Below are positions 8,373 to 15,184 of a stretch of 32,000 nucleotides of DNA, piece after piece (position 1 is the first letter of the stretch; each line of letters begins with the position of its first letter). Both the position numbers and the translations under genes were made by a program. The stretch spans positions 90,001-122,000 of the forward strand of contig CAZXEQ010000007.1 of assembly GCA_964640155.1 (NCBI GenBank), given 5' to 3'. The DNA is from an uncultured bacterium (lineage in GTDB: Bacteria > Auribacterota > JACPWU01). The notes beneath the pieces were generated by a model that worked only from the letters and a program-made list of their open reading frames with translations, searched no databases and had not been told where the DNA came from.

Positions 8373-9743
8373 ATGCATAGTCAAAATTTGTTAGAAAAAA
8401 ATATTTCTAGTCCGATTAAAATAGGGATGATCAGCCTGGGTTGTCCAAAGGCTTTGGTAGATTCAGAAGTGATGGTGGGAACTTTAAAAGCCAATGACAT
8501 GTCTTTATGCAGAAATCCAGAAGATGCCGATGTTATTGTTATCAATACCTGTGGATTTCTTCAAGCTTCTACTCAAGAGTCAATGGATACCATCTCAGAG
8601 ATGGAGCTACTCAAAAAAAATGGCAAATGTCGTGGAATTGTTGTCGCAGGTTGTCTGGTTGAAAGATCCCCTGAACGAATTTTGAAAGAACATCCAGGTG
8701 TAGATGCTATTTTAGGTACTTCTCATTTTGAAGATGTTGCAGTTGCTGTTCAGAAAATTCTAAAAGGCGAAAAATTTAAAGCACTCTCGCGTCAAAAAAA
8801 TCTTTTATCCCATCGAAGTCCCATTGTTAGACTCACCGCTTCCCATTTTTCCTATGTCAAAATTTCAGAAGGATGTGATCACCCTTGTCGTTTTTGTGTA
8901 ATTCCTAGAATTAAAGGGAAGATGAACAGTCGTTCTATGGAAGATCTTGAATCCTCTGTGCGTACTTTGGCAGAGCAGGGAACAAAGGAAATCGTTTTAG
9001 TGGCTCAAGATTTAACAGATTATGGAAGGGATATTTATCAAAAACAAGAGTTGCCCGAACTCTTAAAAAAATTAGCAAAAATAGATGGTATTGAGTGGAT
9101 ACGTCTTCTCTATGCTTATCCTGCTTACGTGACAGAAGAATTAATCGAAGTCATGTCTGCAGAACCAAAAATTTGTAAATATTTAGACATGCCTCTTCAA
9201 CATGGTGATGATCAAATGCTGAAGGCTATGGCCAGACTTGGAACAAGAGATGATTATATAAAGCTGATTCAGAAAATGAGAGATAAAATTAAAGGCATGA
9301 CTTTTCGAACTACCTTTATTGTTGGCTTTCCGGGTGAGGAAGAAAAACATTTTAAAAATTTACTTTCTTTTATGGAAGAGATTCAATTTGAGCGATTGGG
9401 TGTATTTAATTTTTCTCAAGAGCCTGGAACTTATGCCTACAATTTAGAAAATCAGGTGAGTGAAGAGATCAAAGAAGAAAGACGTAATCGAGCCATGCAG
9501 CTTCAGCAGAAAATATCTAAACGTTTTACCAAAGCGTGGGTAGGAAAGAAGCTCAAGGTTTTGTGTGATCAAAGATCTCCAAAAGATCCTAAATTTATGG
9601 AAGGAAGAAGTTATTTTGATGCTCCAGAAATAGATGGGGCTGTTTTTATTCATGATCCGAAAAACCAACTTACTAAAGGGCAAATGGTGGAGACTCAAAT
9701 TGTAGAAGCACTGGAATATGATTTGGTGGGGGAAATACAGTGA
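8373..9743 (+). CDS. rimO: ribosomal protein S12 methylthiotransferase
   Basis: MTTase N-domain cysteines (ISLGCPKALVDSE, INTCGF, AGCL), a radical-SAM CDHPCRFC motif and a C-terminal TRAM domain. The track starts at GTG 8367. ATG 8373, two codons later, is preferred. Confidence 0.92.
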   Translation: MHSQNLLEKNISSPIKIGMISLGCPKALVDSEVMVGTLKANDMSLCRNPEDADVIVINTCGFLQASTQESMDTISEMELLKKNGKCRGIVVAGCLVERSPERILKEHPGVDAILGTSHFEDVAVAVQKILKGEKFKALSRQKNLLSHRSPIVRLTASHFSYVKISEGCDHPCRFCVIPRIKGKMNSRSMEDLESSVRTLAEQGTKEIVLVAQDLTDYGRDIYQKQELPELLKKLAKIDGIEWIRLLYAYPAYVTEELIEVMSAEPKICKYLDMPLQHGDDQMLKAMARLGTRDDYIKLIQKMRDKIKGMTFRTTFIVGFPGEEEKHFKNLLSFMEEIQFERLGVFNFSQEPGTYAYNLENQVSEEIKEERRNRAMQLQQKISKRFTKAWVGKKLKVLCDQRSPKDPKFMEGRSYFDAPEIDGAVFIHDPKNQLTKGQMVETQIVEALEYDLVGEIQ

Positions 9744-9750
9744 TCAGGTG

Positions 9751-9771
9751 TAAGTCATAAGTCTTAAGTTA
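9751..9771 (+). repeat. three tandem heptamers TAAGTCA TAAGTCT TAAGTTA just after the rimO stop
   Basis: Read directly from the sequence. TAAGTCTTAA (9758-9767) recurs exactly at 14891-14900. CATAAGT (9756-9762) recurs at 4891-4897. Confidence 0.6.
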
Positions 9772-9790
9772 AAAAATAAATATTAGCTTT

Positions 9791-9825
9791 TACGCATGAC
9801 GTGCTACGCACTACGCCGTACGAGA
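9791..9825 (+). repeat. five tandem heptamers TACGCAT GACGTGC TACGCAC TACGCCG TACGAGA, ending 5 nt before ATG 9831
   Basis: Read directly from the sequence. These belong to the same KACGCAY family as 4916-4936. The track ORF start (GTG 9801) lies inside this array, which argues for ATG 9831 as the true start. Confidence 0.65.
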
Positions 9826-9830
9826 AAAAC

Positions 9831-10352
9831 ATGAAACTCTTCATATCAAGACTGATTTTAACATTCATTTCATTAGGACTTCTTTATCAAAAGTCTCTTT
9901 TTTTAAAAGAATTGGTTCTCATTCTTTTTATTGTCCAAATTGTTCTTTCCCTCTTAAGGTTTTATCCTTCTTTTCGAGAAAAAATCTTGTGTTTGCTTGC
10001 AGATAAAATTTTATTTGCTTCTGTTTTGATTATTTTGGCAGATCTTCATGGAATGCGAACAGGAATGGTTGCATGGATTATTGGTTGTGCTTTTGTACAT
10101 TCAGGTGTGGATCTTTTAGAGATTTCTTTGAATAAGTCGGTGGAGTTGGGACTTTCTTCATTTAAAAATTTTATTTCTTTGATATTAACTTTTTTTGCTG
10201 TTCTTCTTTTCTGTTTTCAAGGGATAATTCCTCTTCACATTCATGGGTATGCCTTATCCATCCTTTCTTGGATTTTTGCCGCTCTCTCAGGAATTTTTAT
10301 CCTGCAAGGTGTCCTTTCCTCAGGTTTTCGAAAATTGATACGCGAGGCATGA
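9831..10352 (+). CDS. polytopic membrane protein, possibly a degenerate CDP-alcohol phosphatidyltransferase (PgsA-like)
   Basis: About 173 aa with 5-6 hydrophobic helices. It occupies the position between rimO and pgpA where pgsA is often found. It keeps an ADK(I/V)L-like segment (LLADKILFASVLIIL, compare the PgsA sequence LDPVADKVLV). It lacks the DGxxAR part of the catalytic motif. Confidence 0.55.
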   Translation: MKLFISRLILTFISLGLLYQKSLFLKELVLILFIVQIVLSLLRFYPSFREKILCLLADKILFASVLIILADLHGMRTGMVAWIIGCAFVHSGVDLLEISLNKSVELGLSSFKNFISLILTFFAVLLFCFQGIIPLHIHGYALSILSWIFAALSGIFILQGVLSSGFRKLIREA

Positions 10353-10362
10353 GGCAAGTAGG

Positions 10363-10818
10363 ATGAAAAACATAGTCTTAATCGTCTCTTCTTTTTTTTA
10401 TTTAGGATACTCTCCTATAGCTCCAGGAACGGTAGGAACATTGGGTGGCGTGTTTATTTATGGATTAGAAAAGTATTTTCATCTGAATTTAGGAATAGAG
10501 TTGTTTATTATCTTTTTTATTTTTATATTGGGCGTTTTTGTTTCTTCTCAAACCGAAAAATTTTTAAATAAAAAAGATCCTTCTGAAGTTGTTATTGATG
10601 AAGTGATGGGCTTTCTCATTACAATGTTTATGATTCCTTTTTCATGGACAGCGTTAGTTGTGGGCTTCATCTTTAATCGTATTTTAGATATTTGGAAACC
10701 TTTTCCTGTACGTCAATCTCAAATTTTGCCTGGAGGTTGGGGAATTATGGTAGACGATGTGATTTCTAGTGTGTATGCAAATCTTTTGCTGAGAGTTGTT
10801 TTATGGGTAGTAGCATGA
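10363..10818 (+). CDS. pgpA: phosphatidylglycerophosphatase A
   Basis: 151-aa membrane ORF with PgpA family motifs: GYSPIAPGTVGTLGG, DPSEVVIDEVMG, RILDIWKPFP and MVDDV. Confidence 0.85.
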   Translation: MKNIVLIVSSFFYLGYSPIAPGTVGTLGGVFIYGLEKYFHLNLGIELFIIFFIFILGVFVSSQTEKFLNKKDPSEVVIDEVMGFLITMFMIPFSWTALVVGFIFNRILDIWKPFPVRQSQILPGGWGIMVDDVISSVYANLLLRVVLWVVA

Positions 10819-11963
10819 ATAAAAAACGCATTTACTTGGATCACAACAGTACTTCTCCTCTTTTGCCAGGCGTGGTTGAAGCGATGGCACCTTATTCCAA
10901 TTCTTTTTATGGAAATCCATCGAGCGTTCATTATGAAGGTAGACAAGCACGGCATGGCATTGAAGAAGCAAGAACTTCTGCGGCAAAATTAATTGGAGCT
11001 AGACGTGATCAAATCATTTTTACAAGTGGGGGATCTGAGGCGATCAATTTGGCGATTAAAGGAGCTAGCTTGGCGTTTCAAAATGAAGGCAAACACATTA
11101 TTACAACTTCTGTGGAGCACTCTGCTTCTATTCGGGCTTGTGAATATTTGACTGAAATCTTTGATTTCTCTTTAAGCGTTCTTCCTGTGAATCGACAGGG
11201 CCTCGTTTCTTTAGATGATTTAAAAAAAGAGATCCGGCCAGAAACAATTTTAATTTCAATCATTCATGCTCAAAATGAAATTGGAACCATTCAACCTATT
11301 GAAGATGTGATTCGTGTTGCGCATGAGCAGGATGTTTTAGTGCATGTCGATGGAGTTCAAGCAGTCGGAAAAATTCCAGTTTCCGTTGAAAAATGGGGTG
11401 TTGATCTTTACTCTTTTTCTTCTCATAAAATTGGTGGCCCCAAAGGTGTGGGAGCCCTTTTCTTAAAAGATGATTTAAAGATTCATCCATTGATTCATGG
11501 TGGACATCATGAACGAGACTTAAGAGCTGGTACTGAAAATGTTTCTGGAATCGTTGGTTTTGGAAAGGCAGCTTCATTGAGCGTTGAAAGGGGACTTGGT
11601 CAAGCAAAAATGATTTTCCAATTAAAACAAAAGCTTTATGAAGGCTTGATGAAAAAAATCCCAGGATGTTTTATAAATGGAGATTTAAATTTAGGTTTAC
11701 CCAATACGCTTCATTGTTCTTTTGAAAATGTGGATGGACTTGCGCTTCTTTTTAATCTAGATTTGGAGGGGATTTCAGTCTCTTCAGGCTCAGCTTGTTT
11801 ATCGGGAAGTATAGAGCCTTCGCGTATTTTGTTGGCATTGGGTTTATCCCCAGCCCTTGCTCAGGGAGGCATACGCTTTTCGCTAGGGTTTGAAAATACC
11901 GAAGAAGAAATAGATGTAACAATAGAAGCTGTTGAAAAAATAGTAAAGAAATTGAGAAAATAA
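10815..11963 (+). CDS. iscS: cysteine desulfurase (NifS/IscS/YrvO type, class V aminotransferase)
   Basis: IYLDHNSTSP start region, PLP-lysine motif SFSSHKIGGPKG and active-site loop SSGSACLSGSIEPS. ATG 10815 overlaps the pgpA stop (ATGA) and is preferred to the in-frame ATG 10803 used by the track. Confidence 0.9.
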   Translation: MNKKRIYLDHNSTSPLLPGVVEAMAPYSNSFYGNPSSVHYEGRQARHGIEEARTSAAKLIGARRDQIIFTSGGSEAINLAIKGASLAFQNEGKHIITTSVEHSASIRACEYLTEIFDFSLSVLPVNRQGLVSLDDLKKEIRPETILISIIHAQNEIGTIQPIEDVIRVAHEQDVLVHVDGVQAVGKIPVSVEKWGVDLYSFSSHKIGGPKGVGALFLKDDLKIHPLIHGGHHERDLRAGTENVSGIVGFGKAASLSVERGLGQAKMIFQLKQKLYEGLMKKIPGCFINGDLNLGLPNTLHCSFENVDGLALLFNLDLEGISVSSGSACLSGSIEPSRILLALGLSPALAQGGIRFSLGFENTEEEIDVTIEAVEKIVKKLRK

Positions 11964-12003
11964 GTTACAAGTCTCCAGTTGTAGGAATAAATTTATTTAT
12001 GAA

Positions 12004-12087
12004 CTGGTGACCTGTGACTGGTGACCTGTGACTGGTGACCTGTGACTGGTGACCTGTGACTGGTGACCTGTGACTGGTGACCGGAGA
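12004..12087 (+). repeat. 14-bp tandem array CTGGTGACCTGTGA: five perfect units plus one degenerate unit (CTGGTGACCGGAGA)
   Basis: Units start at 12004, 12018, 12032, 12046, 12060 and 12074. Each unit is two related heptamers (CTGGTGA / CCTGTGA), so TGAC recurs every 7 nt. The array ends 5 nt before the mnmA ATG. Confidence 0.95.
12083..12087 (+). promoter_or_regulatory. mnmA Shine-Dalgarno (GGAGA) created by the two substitutions in the last repeat unit
   Basis: GGAGA is followed by a 5-nt spacer (CTATA) and ATG 12093. The five upstream units read CTGTGA at the same position and contain no SD. Confidence 0.5.
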
Positions 12088-12092
12088 CTATA

Positions 12093-13157
12093 ATGAAAGA
12101 ACGAATTGTCGTAGGTATGAGTGGAGGAGTGGATTCCAGTGTTGCAGCCTTGCTTTTAAAAGAGCAAGGGTATGATGTCATTGGACTTACACTCAAGGTC
12201 TGGCTTGGAGACTGTTCTGATACAGGAGAGCATTCTTGCTGTGGTCCTCGAGCAGTAGAGGATGCACGATCGATTGCGCATCAATTGGGCATTCCATTTT
12301 ATGTGATGGATCACAAACAAGAGTTTCAAACGAATGTCATTGATTATTTCTGCCAGGAATATGCTTCGGGTCGTACGCCCAATCCTTGTGTTGTGTGCAA
12401 TCGAAAATTAAAATTTGGGAGTCTTTTGGATTTTGCAAAAAGCTTAGGTGCTTCAAAATTGGCGACAGGCCATTACGCAAAAGTGGAAAAAGTAGGCGAT
12501 GAATTTGCTCTTAAAAAAGCAGTTGATGAAAGAAAAGATCAGTCCTACTTTCTTTACACATTGACTCAGGAAAAGCTTTCAAACATTCTTTTCCCTTTAG
12601 GTGGATTTAGAAAAGAACAAATAAGACAATTAGCTCAGCAGGCAGGACTTCGCGTTTTTGACAAAAGTGACAGCCAAGAAATTTGTTTTGTTCCAGATGG
12701 GAAATACGTTAATTTTTTACAAAAAGTGGTTCCCGGACAATTTCAACCGGGAGAGATTAAAACTAAATCAGGTGAGGTTTTAGCAAAACACTCTGGGATA
12801 CAAAATTTTACCATTGGTCAGAGAAAAGGTTTAGGTGTAGCTTTAGGTAAACCTACTTATGTGATTCGTCTAGAGCCTCAAACCAATACAGTCATTGTGG
12901 GTGAAGAAGAAGATCTTTATTCTGGAAAATTTCTCGTCCAAGACATGCATTGGATTTCAAAAAAAACTCTCCAAAGTCAAATCGATTGCTCTGTTAAAAT
13001 TCGAAGTGCACATGAAGGAGCTTCTTGCGTAGTGAGATTTCTTGAAAATAAAACGGCAGAAGTTATTTTCAAAAAACCAGAAAAGGCTGTGACTCCAGGA
13101 CAGGCGGCTGTGTTTTATGATAAAGATCAAGTATTAGGAGGAGGCTTCATTGTTTAG
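12093..13157 (+). CDS. mnmA: tRNA-specific 2-thiouridylase
   Basis: PP-loop motif VVGMSGGVDSSVAA, cysteine motifs NPCVVCN and QEICF, 354 aa. Typical MnmA/TrmU. Confidence 0.95.
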   Translation: MKERIVVGMSGGVDSSVAALLLKEQGYDVIGLTLKVWLGDCSDTGEHSCCGPRAVEDARSIAHQLGIPFYVMDHKQEFQTNVIDYFCQEYASGRTPNPCVVCNRKLKFGSLLDFAKSLGASKLATGHYAKVEKVGDEFALKKAVDERKDQSYFLYTLTQEKLSNILFPLGGFRKEQIRQLAQQAGLRVFDKSDSQEICFVPDGKYVNFLQKVVPGQFQPGEIKTKSGEVLAKHSGIQNFTIGQRKGLGVALGKPTYVIRLEPQTNTVIVGEEEDLYSGKFLVQDMHWISKKTLQSQIDCSVKIRSAHEGASCVVRFLENKTAEVIFKKPEKAVTPGQAAVFYDKDQVLGGGFIV

Positions 13158-13184
13158 TTGCGAATGTCGATAAGAGGAAAGCAT

Positions 13185-13922
13185 ATGTCGAAAGTTATCA
13201 TAGTCATGCCTGCATATGATGCAGAACATACGATTGAAAAAACATATCGAGATATTCCAAAGGATTGTTATTCTGAAATCATTTTAGTAGATGATGCCAG
13301 TCATGATAGAACGGTTGAAGTTGCAAAAAAACTTGGGATTACAGTGGTTGTTCATTCACAAAATAAAGGCTATGGAGGTAATCAAAAAACTTGCTATCAA
13401 GAGGCTTTGGCTCGAGGCGCAGATTTTGTTGTGATGATACATCCTGATTATCAATATGACAGTCGATTGGTTCCTTTTATAACAGGTTTTCTTGCAACAG
13501 GAGTTTGTGATGTGATTTTTGGAAACCGAGTTCGTACCCGTAGAGAAGTGCTTCAAGGGGGCATGCCCATTTATAAATATATTGCGAATAGATTCTTAAC
13601 CATCTTGGCGAATATTGTTTTGGGGCAGAATATGGGGGATGGCCATAGCGGATTAAGAGCGTACTCGCGTAAAGTTCTGGAAACAATTCCCTTTAAAAAT
13701 AATGCAGATGATTATGCTTTTGATGCTCAGTTCATTACGCAATGTGCTTATTTTGGTTTTAAAATGGGGGATATTCCGGTTCCTGTACGTTATATGAAGG
13801 AATCTTCATCCATTAATTTTAGTAAAAGTGTCCAGTATGGATTTAAGACCTTATGGGTATTAATGCAATTTTTGCTGCAGAAATTTAAGCTGGCTCGTTT
13901 TAGCATTTTTCAAAAAGGTTAA
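13185..13922 (+). CDS. family 2 glycosyltransferase (GT-A fold, DPM1/ArnC-like soluble form)
   Basis: VIIVMPAYDAEHTIEKT ... IILVDDASHDRT ... VVMIHPDYQYD. No C-terminal TM helices. ATG 13185 has AAGAGGA 6 nt upstream. The track start, TTG 13158, abuts the mnmA stop. Confidence 0.8.
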   Translation: MSKVIIVMPAYDAEHTIEKTYRDIPKDCYSEIILVDDASHDRTVEVAKKLGITVVVHSQNKGYGGNQKTCYQEALARGADFVVMIHPDYQYDSRLVPFITGFLATGVCDVIFGNRVRTRREVLQGGMPIYKYIANRFLTILANIVLGQNMGDGHSGLRAYSRKVLETIPFKNNADDYAFDAQFITQCAYFGFKMGDIPVPVRYMKESSSINFSKSVQYGFKTLWVLMQFLLQKFKLARFSIFQKG

Positions 13923-13927
13923 ATCAA

Positions 13928-14887
13928 ATGAATATTTTGATCACAGGCGGAGCAGGTTTTATTGGCTCTTATTTATCAGAAGCTTTACTGAAAGAAAAGC
14001 ATACGGTTTTTGTTCTGGATGATCTTTCTACAGGAAGTATGGCCAACATCGAGCATTTAAAAAATCACCCTAATTTTCACTACACGATTAATACTATTAT
14101 GAATTATCAGCTTCTTTCTGAAATGGCGGATGCTTGCGACATCATTTATCATTTGGCTGCTGCAGTAGGCGTAAAGCTAATTGTAGATAGACCTCTTTAT
14201 ACCATTGATACGAATATTCGTGGTACTGAAAAGGTTTTGGAAGTAGCAGATAAAAAGAAAAAAAGAGTGGTAATCGCTTCCACTTCAGAAGTATATGGGA
14301 AAAGCGATAAAATTCCATTCAAAGAAGATGGAGATATGGTCTTTGGTCCAACGGTTTTGAGTCGGTGGAGTTATGCTTGTTCCAAAGCCATTGATGAATT
14401 TCTTGCTTTGGCTTATAGCCGAGAGAAAAATCTTTCAGTCATGATTGTAAGATTTTTTAATACGGTAGGGCCCAGGCAAACAGGTCGTTATGGAATGGTG
14501 ATTCCTAGATTTGTTCAGCAGGCTCTTAAAAACGAACCCATCACGGTGTACGGGGATGGAAAACAATCCCGTTGTTTTGGCTATGTGGAAGATGTTGTAA
14601 AAGCGGTGATGGATCTCTCGGGACACCCTAAAGCATGGGGACAAGTTTTCAATATTGGTTCTCAAGAAGAAATTTCTATTATTGATCTTGCTAAAAAAAT
14701 TATTCATATGACAGGAAGTAATTCAAAAATTCAGCACATCCCTTATGAGCAAGCTTATACAGAAGGTTTTGAAGATATGCAGCGCAGAGTGCCTGATGTT
14801 ACAAAAATTCAGAATCTCATCGGATTTAAACAAAAGACTTCACTTGAATTTATTTTAAAGAAAGTGATAGAATCATTTAGAAAGTAG
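13928..14887 (+). CDS. NAD-dependent sugar-nucleotide epimerase/dehydratase (UDP-glucuronate decarboxylase / ArnA-C-terminal-like)
   Basis: Extended-SDR motifs: ILITGGAGFIGSYL, STSEVYG and YACSK (YxxxK). HPNFHY and GP..LSRWSYA resemble decarboxylase-type members. The substrate cannot be assigned. Confidence 0.85.
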   Translation: MNILITGGAGFIGSYLSEALLKEKHTVFVLDDLSTGSMANIEHLKNHPNFHYTINTIMNYQLLSEMADACDIIYHLAAAVGVKLIVDRPLYTIDTNIRGTEKVLEVADKKKKRVVIASTSEVYGKSDKIPFKEDGDMVFGPTVLSRWSYACSKAIDEFLALAYSREKNLSVMIVRFFNTVGPRQTGRYGMVIPRFVQQALKNEPITVYGDGKQSRCFGYVEDVVKAVMDLSGHPKAWGQVFNIGSQEEISIIDLAKKIIHMTGSNSKIQHIPYEQAYTEGFEDMQRRVPDVTKIQNLIGFKQKTSLEFILKKVIESFRK

Positions 14888-15055
14888 GAATAAGTCTTAA
14901 AACGGTATTTTTCGATTGAAATAGCGATATTTTATACAAATTTGTACAATAAGGTATAACAAGCTCCTAATAAATAAGTTCTGGAAATTTGCATATTAGC
15001 AAAAGATATGCTATATTTAGGCAACAAGGGGAGCTTCCCAAAACATTCTCTAAAT

Positions 15056-15184
15056 ATGCAGACAGTCAGTCCATTTAACATATTGAATTGGAAGTGGTTA
15101 CGATCAGTCATTGTTTCGAGCATTTCTTTCTCGTTAATTGTCGATGCACCTGGTTTATCTTGGGAAAGAAGGGTGGAAGCTCAA
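15056..15184 (+). other. N-terminal signal peptide or signal-anchor of the giant protein
   Basis: MQTVSPFNILNWKWLRSVIVSSISFSLIVDAPGLSWERRVEAQ has basic residues (K, R) followed by a ~13-residue hydrophobic stretch and then a polar region. No lipobox is present. Confidence 0.5.

Noticed and set aside
12004-12087. Possible CRISPR array
   Set aside because: The units are 14 bp and directly abutting, with no spacers, and no cas genes are present in the window. It is a simple tandem repeat.
11993-12196. 67-aa minus-strand ORF spanning the 14-bp array and the mnmA start
   Set aside because: Its sequence is just the tandem repeat read in frame (HQSQVTSHRSPVTG repeated), and it overlaps the well-supported mnmA 5' end.
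14888-15055. Sigma70 promoter for the giant gene (for example TTGAAA at 14916-14921 or TATACA at 14933-14938)
   Set aside because: No -35/-10 pair has acceptable 16-18 nt spacing, and the individual hexamers are expected by chance in AT-rich DNA.
15008-15055. Longer N-terminus for the giant protein starting at ATG 15008 (MLYLGNKGSFPKHSLN...)
   Set aside because: Not strictly rejected. It is in frame and has no worse an SD than 15056. It would, however, place about 32 residues before the hydrophobic segment, which is less typical of a signal sequence. I kept it as an alternative start.
14932-15123. 63-aa minus-strand ORF overlapping the start of the giant gene
   Set aside because: It has no SD, no recognisable motif and AT-rich spacer-like composition. 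It would also oppose the otherwise strictly unidirectional gene order.
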